DNA from: Octopus sinensis
Taxonomy: Eukaryota
NCBI RefSeq assembly: GCF_006345805.1
Contig: NC_043001.1
Location: 110,546,001-110,610,000 of the forward strand
Direction of reading: 5' to 3'
Length of the DNA stretch: 64,000 nucleotides
The notes below the pieces were generated by a model, which was not told the origin of the DNA, made no database searches, and worked only from the letters and a program-made list of their open reading frames with translations. The translations under genes were made by a program, and so were the position numbers. This document shows, piece by piece, positions 1 through 14,169 of the stretch (position 1 is its first letter; each line of letters opens with the position of its first letter).

Positions 1-141
1 ACTTAGCAGTTCGGGAAAAAGACCGAAAGAATAATTACTGGGTTTACAAAGAATAAGTCCCGGGGTCGATTTGCTCGACTAAAGGCGGTGCTCCAGCATG
101 GCCGCACTCAAATGACTGAAACAAGTAAAAGAGTAAAAGAG
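1..141 (+). mobile_element. 3' end of SINE family A (window-internal name)
   Basis: Tail GGGGTCGATTTGCTCGACTAAAGGCGGTGCTCCAGCATGGCCGCA...AAATGACTGAAACAAGTAAAAGAG recurs near-identically at ~19170-19249, ~43000-43065 and ~49020-49096, and reversed at ~56575-56650. Confidence 0.85.
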
Positions 142-557
142 TATAAGAAAAATTATCTACGAATGTTTTATTACGTTATCAAACGATGGTGGTTACATAA
201 GAATGAATTTCCAATGGCTAAATAAATTTATCATACTATATTTCTCTCGTAATTCATAACATCATATATATATATATATATACGCGGTCAGACATATTTG
301 TCATAAGTACCACACCATATATTTACTAGGGTTCAATCGATTAAACTTATGAGGCATATTTTACAAGGTGTTAAATTTTTTTAGATATATATTTTTATAA
401 TTTCATTGGACTCAAATTATTGAATATCTTATTATACGTAGTAACTAATTGTTTTTCGTATAGCATATATTCTGTTTCTGATTCCGTTTACTTTCGTTTT
501 TAGAGACCCATTAGGATTCATTTTATCTACTTTGTAGAATTTAAATTCTATGGATCC

Positions 558-614
<57 letters not shown>

Positions 615-806
615 CCTAAGTGTGTATACCTATATATATATATATAATATATATATACATATATATAAATATATATACATATATACACACACATACATAT
701 ATACACGCATATATAAAGATGCATACATATATATACATAGATGCATATATATATATATATACACACACACACGCGTGCACACACACACATACACACATAC
801 ACACAA

Positions 807-843
<37 letters not shown>

Positions 844-1456
844 ATATATATATATATGAGAGGCAATGAAGATCCCCATGCGAATTGCATTCTTCAAAAC
901 AGCTGTCATGAATATGAATATTCACTTTTTTTTTTGAAATTTTGTTCCACATTCTTTGAATTCCATTACATTTTTATGTTGTTATATATATATAGAATTG
1001 AAAACAAAAGGAATGGTTGCAAATATGTAAATTCTTAATGTTATTTCAAATTGTCTTTATTGTCAGAATCAATTATACTTTTATAAATATTCCTCATATT
1101 TATGTAATATTTTGTCTTTAGTTAAACTTTAAATTTCGTTTTCTCAATGCGTTTTTCTCTGTATTTCTTTTCTCACCGTCGAAAGTTTGTTTCTGTATTT
1201 TTGTTTTTTTTGCATCATATAAAACCATATGAACGTTATGTCAGAGAATTTCCGGGTAACGAATTCTACCATTGCGACTAAACAAATGCAGGAAACGCTT
1301 GACAAATGTTGGAAATCATTACAGTTTACGATGTCAAAACCTGAATAGCACATACTTATTGCAATCTACCATTGGAACCTCCGTTGAAACATACAGCCCT
1401 TTCTTTAACAACTTTTGTCACTACTCTCATTTTCTTTCTTTCAGTCTGTCTGCCTG

Positions 1457-1501
<45 letters not shown>

Positions 1502-2405
1502 CTCTCTCTACCTCTCTCGAAGATAGGTGTATCAACACAAGCAAATGTATTAGATTTGACACGCGGTGAAAATGGAAGTCTTTTAGATTTCGAGCCAACA
1601 CTCTTCGACTGAAAGGAATACGAGGAAATAAAATGAGAAAGAATGAAAGAAAGAAAAGTGTTGAGTTCAGTGGTCCAACATGGCGAATTATTGGAAAACA
1701 AGGTTAAATGAAAGGGACATAATAATAAAGGGAAGTTGAATGAAGGAGAAATACTTCATGGTGATGCCGAAAAGAGGAGGAGCGCAAGCGATTGTGAGTA
1801 CCTGACAATGGTATGTGTGAATGGGGGAGAGTGAGTTTGACGTGAGAGTGTGTGTGTGTGTGTGTATGAAAAGTGTGTGGGTTCATATGTCTATATATGC
1901 ACACACACACATACACACACACACACACACAAGCACACGCATACACACATATATCGTCAAGAGATGGAAGCTAGATTTTCTCAGTACAGTAAACGCGTAG
2001 TAGTTCCCAAATAGATTTGAACTTAAACCCTGAATTCTTAATTCAGAGCAAGAGCGCAATGTCAAGGATGGCTGTAATAGTATTCCAGAAAAACTTGATA
2101 TGGGGTAGTGATGCAGATAAATTCAATTGGATTTGACATCTATATATATTTTGCATTCTACAAAACAGCTGTCATGAATATGAATGTTGTCTGTTTAAAG
2201 TTTGCTCTATATTTTTTGAATTGCATTAAATCATATATATGTGTGTGTTTGTTGGTGTGTGTGTTTGTTGGTGTGTGTGTTTGCGTGTGTATGAGTATAT
2301 AAAATTTTATAGGATTCAAAGAATATGGAACAAACTTACAAATTTTAAACAAACATATATATGATTTAGTGTATATATATTCTTGTTTATGCATGTTTTT
2401 GTATG

Positions 2406-2460
<55 letters not shown>

Positions 2461-2471
2461 ATGTATATATA

Positions 2472-2515
<44 letters not shown>

Positions 2516-2585
2516 TATATAAATTTGTATAAATATACGTATATATACATATATATTTATATTTATACACACACACGCATATGTA

Positions 2586-2980
2586 GGTGCAGAAGTGGCT
2601 GTGTGGCAAGTAGCGTACCTACCAACCATATGGCTGCTGGTTCAGTCCCACTGTGCGGCAACTTGGACAAGTGTCTACAACTATAGCCTTGTGCCGACCA
2701 AAGCCTTGTGAGAGTATTTGGTAGAGGGAAACTGAAAGAAATCCATGTATATATATGCATATATACATGCATGTTTTTGTCCCCCTCCACCACCGTTTGA
2801 CAACAGATGTTGGTGCGTTTATGTCCCTGTAACATAGCGGTTCGGCAAAAAGACCGATAGAATTAATTTTGGATTTAAAAAGAATAAGAACTGGGGTCAA
2901 TACTCCGACTACAGTCGGTGCTTCGCCTTGGCTCCAGTTAAACGACAGTAAACAAATGAAAGAATGAAATAATAAAAGAA
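2586..2980 (+). mobile_element. SINE family A copy (tRNA-like head, internal TA/TG microsatellite, conserved tail)
   Basis: Head GGTGCAGAAGTGGCTGTGTGGCAAG...GGTTCAGTCCCACTG and body AAAGCCTTGTGAG...GAAACTGAAAGAA match the copies at 18825 and 56954(-). Confidence 0.8.
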
Positions 2981-3225
2981 GACATATGGCGTAGTGGTTA
3001 AGAGCGCTGGCTACTAACCCCAAGATTCCGAGCTCGATTCCAGGCAGTGACCTGAATAATAATAATAATGATAATAATAATAATAATAATAACATCGAAA
3101 AATACCGAGATTCGAAATTTCCCCAAGACACCTGATGAATGGTGGAAGGTACATCAGCCGAAACGTGTTAACAACAAACAAGATGTGGTCAAATATCCGT
3201 CAAATGCAAATAATGTAAATAATGA
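2981..3225 (+). mobile_element. tRNA-derived head + (AAT)n + hammerhead-like Penelope-type tail (putative composite SINE)
   Basis: A-box TGGCGTAGTGG 2987-2997; B-box-like GCTCGATTCC 3032-3041; (AAT)n ~3055-3092; CTGATGA 3132-3138 followed by CAGCC-GAAACGT at ~3155-3166. Confidence 0.55.
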
Positions 3226-4624
3226 AAATAATTCATACATACAGATTTACATGGAACACGATATAATATATACGCAAGAGCTATTTCAGGAAGCTGCGTG
3301 CTACGTAATAAACCTAATTGCATTAATTTTTTAAGAGCTCTCGTGTTTTGAGGGATTTTCCTCAGAAAATATATATCAACTCGTGTATTCCTTTTAAACC
3401 TTCTACATATATATATATATAAATTTTGAACGAAATGTGTATTATTACCATTATTAATAATAAAAATCTAGTATAATGATATTCTTGTGTTTTTATCCGT
3501 CACAACATGTGAATAGGAAAGGAAGAGGTGATAGATGAATAAGGAAGATGTGAAAAACATAAAACAGCGTTTCATCTCTGTTTGTCTATGTTTGTGTGTA
3601 TGTGAAAAAGGGTCTATGTGAATATTTGTGTGTGTGTGTGTCTGCAATGGAAGTGGGATGGTGAATTTTCAACGGTGAAAAGGAATAAAATCAAACAGCG
3701 TTTCAACTCTGTGCGGCTGTATGTGTGTGCGTGTACAAGGTAAGTGTGTGACCGTTTGTATGTGTGAACCAGCGTTCTCTCTGTAATAAACGATGATCGA
3801 TATCACATCTCTAGAGACAACCACGTGATAACTTTGGCAAGTGTATTAATTTGATTTACCATCCATATTCTATGTTTTGTTAAAAGTAATTACTACAATC
3901 ACACACACCTACACATACATATACATATGCATGGCCCGTTTGTCACACTTTGTGGTATTTTTCAAATATATATACCAATGTTCATATTCGAGGCTCCGAT
4001 GAAACTTTAGAGCGTTACTCAAACACTCAACTATGAATCCACCGCATTAAATAGCAGAAACAGCTATAAACGAATGCAGTTCATAAGATAATACCTTCCT
4101 TCGTCATCTCATTTTCTTATTTCTCTTCTGTAGTCGAATAAAGCATACGTATATCGAGTTCTACACCAGGTTATTTGTACATATAAATGCATACACATCC
4201 ATATATGCATACATACTTACATACACAAGCGCACTTGCAGCAATCTCTCCCCCTATATATATTCTTTTAATTGTTTCTGTCATTTGACTACAGCCATGCT
4301 GGAGCACCGCCTTATCTATATATATGTATATATAACCTGTTTTATGTATGCATTTCATTATTTATAATCGCTAAATACGTTGTTATTTAATTTTTTTGTA
4401 AGCCGAAATAACTTGCAGAGAGACATCTCCTGCTTTTATTGCGTCAGAAATAAATCTGAAATAAATTTCCGCCTTCAATGTTGACAAGAATATCAAATGC
4501 TCTGAGATTTCGATTTGAATTCTCGTGAATAAATTGTGAATTCCGTCAACACGTAACCTCGTCTAATTAGGATGAAAAGGAATGGTTTATTCACCTTCCG
4601 TGATTTGAGTGGCAACTTGCATTT

Positions 4625-5040
<416 letters not shown>

Positions 5041-7450
5041 CATATCTGTACATTCGTGCATTCAAACTGACACATCGTTGTAGACACGCACTCAGACACA
5101 TGCATTCACATATACGTATATATGCATGTGTAATGGTGTGATGCATGTGTGTTGTGCGTGTTTTATGTATGTGTGCGCGTGCGTATACATGTATGTATTT
5201 GTAATACTCTTGCGCCTATCTATTAAGTATTTCAAGTTATGCATTGACGAAAATCTTTCGCCGATGAAATATTTTTCCGGTAAATATTTAGTTTCTTGTC
5301 GATATATGTACAATCACCCAGGGCTACGAAATTTATGATTCGATCATAGGACGCATGCATTTCTGCGTTGTTACTAAACATAAGCTGGAAATACCAAATC
5401 AGGCCTTGGCAGTCCAATGAAGTTCGTTTAGTTCGTATGTTAGAACAGCATGCAGTGCATTCGCCCATGTGTGCAAACAGTGTCGAAGACAGAATTAAAC
5501 AAAGTTAGTCATACTAAGTAATGTTTGATTACATATATTTATGCAAACGTGTATTCAGCACATTGAGTACACTTGGACGTGGGATGACCTTTCGCTGCAG
5601 AAGTATTCTCAGTAGAATATTCTCCTCCTAGACTACACGTGTAAGAAGAGTCTGGGTAGTGAATGTTGACAAATCGCCAAATATGCGAAAAGAATCAAAT
5701 GGTCAGTAGGGTTTATATCATAGATATACATAAAGTTCACATCTTGAGTAGATTCACAGCAAATAAGAAATGCTTTGACAGAATTTTGAATATTCAATGG
5801 ATCTGAAATCAAAGAATTGTGCCAGCATTTAGATATGACCCAGACTTTAAAGAATAAGGAAAAGAATATTGGAGCCTTTGTCCTGTTTTGTAAAAGAGGA
5901 TCTTCTGGCGTTTGCTTTACTCCTTGCGGAAATTGAACTACTTATTATGCGATATGCTTTCTATACAACGATATAAGGACTTAGTTTTATATCTAAATTG
6001 GCCATTCATGCAGAAGCGACATCTGATGTTTTTTTTCCCTTCACCTGTCGTCCAGAGCTCTTGTTCGTTGCCAACCTGGGTGCATTTATCAACTGTTTGG
6101 CCCACTCGTTTTTGTCCATTATAAGTGCAGTAACCGAGTTAGTTGATTACTTGTGGATAGCATTAGTTTATTACATAGGATACCATTAGTTTATTACATA
6201 AACTTGATTTTGACTCATGCAACGAATTCTCGATGGCTCGCGGCCTTTACGCATCACTTCGTTTTTTCATTCTTTTCGCTTCTCAGATGAAACAGCCAGC
6301 TGAATGTCTCATAACATCTAAGGATTATTTCTCCTCGCCATACAGTTATCAACGGAAGACGTGTCGCAAATGGTCAATCTCAGGCATAGTCAGTAAATAC
6401 TGATGGTAAAGTGTAATTACACTATTATTCCAAGTCAGGGCTTCGAGTCAAGTAGGAGGCGCGTTTCCTGAACTCAACTTTTATTAGTTGATTCAAGATG
6501 CTTTTCTGAAGAACTGTTTCTTTATATTCTATTTTGCTCTTATAACGTATGTCGTTTATCTTCATATCTATTAATAAACGAGTTTCCTATGGCGAATCGG
6601 AACTAAACTGAGGTGTTCCCAAAAGGAGAATGGGACAAAATCAAATTTCTTAGTACATAAATCTGGTGCATATGCTGAGCTCTCCGTGAAAATGGTGCAG
6701 AGTCTGTAATTAGTACGGTTGAAATTTTGAGCTGTACGTGTTTTATGTTTGGGTGTATAATTTGGCGGCCGTAAGTTATATGTTTAAATCTTAGATGTGT
6801 GTTTTCAATTATTTTGTGTTTTCAATGTCTTTTTCACATGTGGGCCAATCATCAAAAGCGGAATTTTGTGACGAATAATTTCGTGTAATTGTGTTATTGT
6901 TTAAAGTTATCCACTCTAGTCTTTCGGGTATTGGATTTCTGGAACATCATCTTTCGCGGGTTTTCTTATTTGATGTAATCATGCAGATTCATCATGTCAG
7001 GTTGGAAGGCATATTTGCGCTCATTTGTTTTGCATAGCAAGACGAAAATAGCAGATAATATTTAAGTCTAGCAGTCTAAAATAAAATGTCGCATTTTATA
7101 TATGTATTTGGAGATATCGAAAGAAAGTACTATATTCTTTATTACTGTATTCCATTGAGAATTACAGAGATAGTAATCTGGTTTTTAAACTCACAAAATT
7201 GAGCAAGACTGTGTGCCCAGAATTTTAATCAATTGTTAGGCAAGGTCTCCCGCTATCGAATACATATTCAAGGTAGATATTGCTGAACTTACATCTGGGG
7301 ATATTCGTTATTTAAACCTCTAAATATACCCTGACCATATTTGCATATGTGGAGGTTACGTTCATGCCCCTCAGAGCCCCATATATACGTTTTCAGGTGT
7401 TGACGATGTAAAAGATATTTGATAGTATGAAATTTTGCCAGAGATAAATA

Positions 7451-8016
7451 TTGGGTTGTCCGGAAAGTTCGTGCTGATTTATAGTAGCTTATCTTTCGAC
7501 TTATTCTAGAACATGGTTGAATCCATAAAATAGGATTTGACTACACCGCCATTTAGAGCACAGTTTAAGCTATTTTTCGTGGAAGAAGGTTTATCTTCCT
7601 ATAATCTGTGTTAATTCTGTAACCCTTTAAAATGGAAGATAAGAAAGTTCCTTTTCGGCACTTGATGAATCGGGGACCAGACAAAAATTGCTGCGGCTCG
7701 GCTGGGATGTGTTACCCCACCCTCCATATTCACCAGATATTGCTCCTTCGGATTTACACTTATTCAGATCTCTGCAGAATAGTCTTAATGGTAAAAATTT
7801 CAATTCCCTTGGATGATGTAAAAAGATACCTTGATGAATTCTTTGCCATGAAACCACCTCAATTCTGGGAAGAGGATAGTTTCAAGTTAAAGGAAAGATG
7901 GAGATGAATTGTGCAACAAAATGGTTCATATTTGGTTGATTAAAAATGTATTGGCAAGTATTTATTGACCTTTTTCTTTCCTTTAAAAATCGGCGCGAAC
8001 TTTCCGGACAACCCAA
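7451..8016 (+). mobile_element. Internally deleted mariner (DD34D-type) transposon with both TIRs
   Basis: Left TIR TTGGGTTGTCCGGAAAGTTCGTGCTGATTT (7451-7480, preceded by TA) and right TIR AAATCGGCGCGAACTTTCCGGACAACCCAA (7987-8016). Transposase N-terminus MEDKKV.FRHLM is joined directly to the C-terminus ...LGWDVLPHPPYSPDIAPSDLHLFRSLQN... (mariner YSPD(L/I)AP-D motif), with frameshifts and a stop. Confidence 0.92.
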
Positions 8017-9015
8017 AATTTTCTCAATTCCTTAGTATATCGTTTAGAAACAATTATTCCAGCCAGAATATGGTACCTTCTATTCCGCATTCGTGCTGAA
8101 GTATATATGTGTCCCAACATGTCCGTAGCTTGGAGCTGAAACCGATAAAAGAATATACATATAAAATATAAGGCCGATACTACGAACTGATATGAGAACA
8201 GGTCCTTTTATGATATTCTCATGAATGTTCAGAGATTTTTGCGCTAGGTACAAATATACACGCACAAACTGTACTTTCTGTGTATGTGTGTGTATATATT
8301 TTTGAGTAAATACTTTAGTCAATATTGTTTATCTCAGCTATTTGTGAGAATTTCTGCTTTCCTTTCCTGAAAATGAATTAATCTTTATCTCTCATGACTA
8401 CTTTCTAAAGAAATGAAGATACAACCATCAAATTTATGAGGCCTCAGCGCTGGATATAATAGAACCATGTGTTAATTATTTATGTTTCTGCGGGTTAGAG
8501 CAGCAGGCAATATATTAATCGTATTGCCGAAGCAATCTATAAACATTTTATGTTGGACATAGGAAATGCGCATAAATCATGAAAGGATATAAATTGTGGA
8601 CACTTTATTTGGGAGACTAAACACCTTTTAGATTAGAGAACCTATTGTTACAAAAATATATGGGAGGATACAATGAAATCTGTATATATCTTAGATTTCA
8701 CGAAATGGTTCTTTGTATTAAATGCTTATTTTCTGAAGGCGATGTCTCAGCAGAACAGCGGTCCAGTCGTTTTAATAGAAGGAGGTAAAAGGATATTCAA
8801 TGTTAAGGAACTTATAATAGATAACAGTGTCAAATGTGAAAAAAAATAACGTCATAGCTTAATATTCAATATATATTCTGTATAAACATATTTTTTGAGA
8901 TATTTGAGATAAACATTACTTAAAATTAGGAAATAATTCGATAAATATATTGTTTCAAAAATTCTAATATATATGTATATGTGTATATATATATATATAA
9001 GATATATATATATAT

Positions 9016-9059
<44 letters not shown>

Positions 9060-9067
9060 TATGTATA

Positions 9068-9099
<32 letters not shown>

Positions 9100-9119
9100 C
9101 AAGCACACACACACATACA

Positions 9120-9181
<62 letters not shown>

Positions 9182-9272
9182 AAATGAGGGTGAGTAATTG
9201 GATATGAATTTAATATCAATCTAACACCAGTGGTCTACCATATTAAAATCTGAAGGTTCAGTAAGTTGAATA

Positions 9273-9373
9273 ATATACATATGAGATGGATGACCCCCTA
9301 CGTGGACAACCCTTATGCCCATAGCTGATCTACTTCTAGCATAAGGTTTGTCCACATAATGGTCATCCCTCTC

Positions 9374-9383
<10 letters not shown>
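9273..9383. mobile_element. Short palindromic MITE-like element beside a (TA)n tract
   Basis: Left arm 9273-9318 ATATACATATGAGATGGATGACCCCCTACGTGGACAACCCTTATGC pairs with right arm 9339-9383, with few mismatches and a 20-nt loop. Confidence 0.6.
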
Positions 9384-9411
<28 letters not shown>

Positions 9412-9529
9412 ACCTATGTGCGTGTGTGTGTTTGTGTATGTTTGTGTTTGTGCGTTATTAAGATACGTGCGTATGCATGAGTTTTACTAAAATAAGTGTG
9501 TATGTATGTATATATGTATATATATTATA

Positions 9530-9561
<32 letters not shown>

Positions 9562-9659
9562 CTATATAATATTATATATATATATATAAATGTATATATA
9601 TATATTATATATATATATATATATATTATATAGATATATATATATATATATATGTGTGT

Positions 9660-9705
<46 letters not shown>

Positions 9706-12181
9706 CGTACATATAATGTGTAAGTATGTGTGTCTATGATCCGAAAAGAGTAGAATTTCGTTGCCCCGTGAAATTGTTTAAATAGTTGAAAGATCCAAAG
9801 AATAAAATTCATAGAAAGTAAATTGCTTGAAAATTTCCAATGTTTGCGTACATCTTGTTTGCAATGTGGATATTAAGCAGGCTCTTTACAACATGAAATA
9901 TTATTTGAATTATATTAGCCGCTAGGGAACCTGTCAGAAATATACGCCATCGAATAATATATATATATATATATTGATAAATGTTCTTAGTGAACGAAAT
10001 AAAAGAAAGTTAAACATGAAAATGTCAAATGTATCTGTATATTCACCCACTAATACACAAGCACACTCTCACACACATGCAAATATTTGTGCACATATAC
10101 GTGTGTGTGTGTTGTGTGTGTGTGTGTAACTAAATATGTAAACACTCTTTCTCTGATCCTTTATATATATTTTTCAAATACAGCAACTCAGTTTAAATTT
10201 CAAGGCCTAATATTCGAAATCTCCTAAGCATTCCGATTTTAAATGTAAGCATTACAATCGGAATACGTCAGGGATTTGAAATATAAGGCCATGAAATTTA
10301 AACCCAATTGCTGTATTTGAAAATCAATGAAGCTCTAGGGTGGTGAATCTCTTTCATGCCAACATGAAAGTGATGAATATTAGTTGCAAATATCAAATAA
10401 TCCTTGAAAGAATACTTAAATGTACTTTCTCTAGAATGGAGAATGTGTCTTATCTAAAATACATCGTTGCATGTTTCTGACAGTCACTTAGTTTTCTTGT
10501 CATGTACACAAATATAGGTAAAGCGTCCCAAAAGTAATAAAGAACGTGAAGCTTTATAAACATAAACAATCTAAACAGATTTAATTAACCTAAAAGACGT
10601 AACTCAGTAACGGATAACATCCATTATATTGTAAATGCTGTAAGCACTTGAACTGACAGTGTGCGAGTTATTGCAATTAGTAAAAACAATAAATTTATAG
10701 CAGGTTTAAATAAGATTATGAGGGCGATTACCTTGTCTGTTTTACCTAAATTCATATATTTTTTCTCGCTTCGGTCTCTTTGTTTACATGGACGTCTTGG
10801 TTTACGAAACGTCGTAGCTTACTGTGCAGGCTCTGAATTCTAAAGAAAAGATATGAAAATACATTGGTTACCTAACACAATGTTTCGAGATAATCAAGTC
10901 CAGGAGAAAATGATAGTCTCCAGCGAATAATATGAGCTGGCGATCCTTTGCCTGTGAGGTGTATCTAATAAATGTCTTATGTTGTTGTACACTAAACTAT
11001 TTGGAAAGAGTGCGGTAATAGAGCCTGTTTAATTTTCAACGGGAATTATTCGTTTTCCGACGGACAACACTCACAATGATGGTGAAATCATAAAGACTAC
11101 AGTCTTGAAAATCGCTTACTAATACTTGATGAAAATGTTGCTACTCTACGGCAAACAATTCTGTCTCTTTCTGCAGTATGTCAGGGGACCGAATTCTCTT
11201 GCCCCATATAAGGCCTTCTAGCAGCAACACCCATTCTGCGGCAACTTCACGTGGCCCTATGTATTGTTCCTAAGATCCTGATTAAAGATGTTGGGTTCCA
11301 TGACGACACCCTCACGAGAGACACAAGCAAAGACGAGTGATGGCCAAGGCATCGTAGTATCTGTGCATGTCACAATTTACAGCCACTGCAGCGCACTGAT
11401 CCACAATCATGATGTCCTCATTTTGATTTTGATAGCCGGGTGCGAATCATCAGGATAGAGACATGTATTTTCTAACCTTTAGATGGTTTCCAGTTCTCAA
11501 TATCAGCTAACCTTTCCTCAACTGTAGCACTAATTTGTATGCTCTACAAAGTCCTTCACTGTTCACCAATGCATCAAGCTCTTCCTGAAAAAAAAAAGAA
11601 GAAAACAGCCCGAATATCCTATACGTGGGCGATCGGCAGATGTAGAGTATCGGTTACATTTGTAATAGTTCTCATGGCTTCCTGTGATTTCACTTCCAGC
11701 TTGCAATTATGAATTTCACAAATGGACCTACTGATCTCGATAAATAATGTACTAACCAAATAGTCGTACAAACGGCCCTCACTGCAATTTTGTGATCGTG
11801 TGTATTTCTCCTGACTATGTTGTTTCTATTGGAGTGATCATTTTACATATAAACAATAATCCGTGAACATCTGAAGCAGTTAGCGAAACGTTGCTACCTG
11901 ATGATTCTGAGTTACCCTTGTTGTTACGTATGTATGTAGTTTACTTTGGAATAGATTAAAATATTTCCTTTACAAAATTCTCTTCGTTCATCATCAGTTT
12001 GACAAGGCTCTTTTCTTTATGTGAAGATATCACTATATATTTGTCGTTAACTAAAATAATTGATGTATATGTATATGAGTGTATTTGAGAATAACGTGAA
12101 GTCGTGTAATGGATGTGCGTACCAAGTGAATACAAAAGAGCGTGTCTTCAGTGATGTTTATGTACTTGTTTGCAGATGCAT

Positions 12182-12520
12182 TCTATAGGTAAAGGGTAAA
12201 GACCCCCTTCGGTCATGAATGATCATGGGATTGCACCTAGAAAGTTACCCTCCTAGACACAAGTCCGGGCAAGGTTGTTTATGGAAGACCATGAATACCA
12301 TCCTCCCCTCTCCACGCCACCAGTGTTATCCAAGGGAAAGACAAAGGTCGATACAGCTTGGCACCTGTGACGTCGCAACTCATTTCTACAGCTGAGTGAA
12401 CTGGAGCAACGTGAAATAAAGTGCTTTGCTCAAGAACACAACACGCAGCCCGGTCCGGTATTCGAGCTCACAACCTCATGATCGTAAGCTCGACGCTATA
12501 ACCACTGAGCCATGCGCCTT
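12182..12520 (-). mobile_element. tRNA-derived SINE family C (CORE-like central domain)
   Basis: Reverse strand reads GGCGCATGGCTCAGTGGTTATAGCG...GCTCGAATACC (A/B boxes), then GTGTTCTTGAGCAAAGCACTTTATTTCACGTTGCTCCAGTTCACTCAGCTGTAGAAATG. Related copies at 38035-38342, 47950-48120 and 62020-62298. Confidence 0.75.
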
Positions 12521-13229
12521 ATGTAACTATTTGTATTTATTTTCCCAGGGACCACAAGCATGTTATCTCTGGAACGTCTGATAAATCTTCACTCTACTTA
12601 TCGTTGATATACGGAGTTTTTGCTATTAGCATAACTTACACTTTCCTGGGTTATCCGAATATGTTTAGGATTTTCTGTCATTGGAGCTGTTGTTAAGAAG
12701 CGCAATGGGGTTATGACAACAGGAGTAAATTAAAATATATATTCCTGACGTAATTACGTTTCTTATTAATTTCACAAAGATGGCCTTTTCCGCCACTTTA
12801 TCTGCTGATCACAGTGATTCACGGATTTTACTCCGCCACGGGGAAAAGAAAAAATCGGGTGTTTGTGTTTTCACCTGTGTTAAATTTATATTTGAACATT
12901 CCAAGACCGCTCATTACTTTTTAAAGGGTATACTTTGAGGGTTTAGGTGTGATGTTGATTTAGCCATGAAGGCAATGCTTCCTGTATAAACTATTGTAAA
13001 CGCCTTGCAAGACACTATATGACTCATGGGCAGCTAATGTATTTCGCAATGACAAGTAATGTAATATCATTGGCATCGGTCGGCATAGGTATAGTGGTTG
13101 ATTTTTATCACAGCCTAGATTTGGAGGCACACCTATATTTTTCATTTTGATCAGGTACTTATTAGCTCTCTGCTGTCTTTTGAATAGCAAAAGTCTAACA
13201 GGTGAGATGTGTTGCACTCATACTAGAGG

Positions 13230-13498
13230 TATGTATGTATGTTTTTATGGATGCATTATCATGCATATCGTTGCATATCTAGACATGCTCATATATAATT
13301 TTTAAATGATAAACTTCTGGAAAGTTTTTAATATTTTTACATTTTTTCCAGTGATGAATAGGATTTCTAGTCTACGAATTAGCTTTCTCCTTTCTGGTTT
13401 TAAAAAGCCTACTTTTTCAAGATTGCTTTTCAGGGAGTGTGTTATATATCCCAGGTATAAACCTGAACTTGTAATCTGGATAGAGTAACTGCAGATTT
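13230..13498 (-). mobile_element. 5'-truncated 3' end of an RLE-type non-LTR retrotransposon (copy 1)
   Basis: Nearly identical to 14190-14465; encodes ...LQLLYPDYKFRFIP... in reverse; flanked by (TATG)n. Confidence 0.85.
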
Positions 13499-13679
13499 GT
13501 ATATTTGTTTGTATGTATGTATGTTTGTATATATGTATGTATGTATTTATGTATGTATGTATGTATGTATGTAAGTTTGTATGTATGTATGTATGTTTGT
13601 ATGTATGTATGTTTGTATGTATGCATATATGTTGTATGTATGTATATATATGTTTGTATGTATGTATATGTGAATATTT

Positions 13680-13921
13680 CTATGTTTTGTTTTATGATAC
13701 ACTTCTGGAAAATTTTTGTGATTTTTCAGTTCCAGTGATTGATTTGATCTATAGCCTTCGAATTAACTTTCTCCTTTCTGGTTTTGAGAAGCCTAATCTC
13801 TCAAGATTGGTATTTAAGCAGTGTGTTACGTATCCCAAGGCCCCAATAATTTCAGGTATAAATTGAACTGGATAGAGAGTAACTACAGATTTCTAAATAG
13901 TAGAGCATAGGTATTCTCTTC
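13680..13921 (-). mobile_element. 5'-truncated 3' end of a related, more diverged RLE-type retrotransposon (copy 2)
   Basis: Homologous to copies 1 and 3 with many substitutions (e.g. GGCCCCAATAATTTCAGGTATAAAT = reverse FIPEIIGA); flanked by (TATG)n. Confidence 0.8.
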
Positions 13922-14169
13922 ATGTATGTATGTATGTATGTATGTATGTATGTATGTATGTATGTATGTATGTATGTATGTATGTGTGTCATTATTCACT
14001 TTATTTCAAGATTTCTTTCAAAGAAAGGACGGGTTTCTAACCAAGATCCAAGGTTCCTTCATTGGAATTTAAACATAAAAAAACAGGGTATTTTTGTATG
14101 TAAGTATGTATGTATGTATGTATGTATGTATGTATGTATGTATGTATGTATGTATGTATGTATTATGTA

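Noticed and set aside
2981-3055. tRNA-like sequences at SINE heads (also ~12450-12520, ~24473-24545, ~27535-27600)
   Set aside because: A/B boxes are present, but there is no complete cloverleaf or acceptor stem; these are SINE heads rather than tRNA genes.
8739-8785. Possible first coding exon (TTTTCTGAAG|GCGATG...GGAG|GTAAAA; MSQQNSGPVVLIEG) of the HOIL-1-like gene
   Set aside because: Too short, and the resemblance to SHARPIN-type N-termini is too faint to support.
11510-11586. Minus-strand exon-like segment after a strong polypyrimidine acceptor (EELDALVNSEGLCRAYKLVLQLRK)
   Set aside because: No recognisable homology and no partner exons found.
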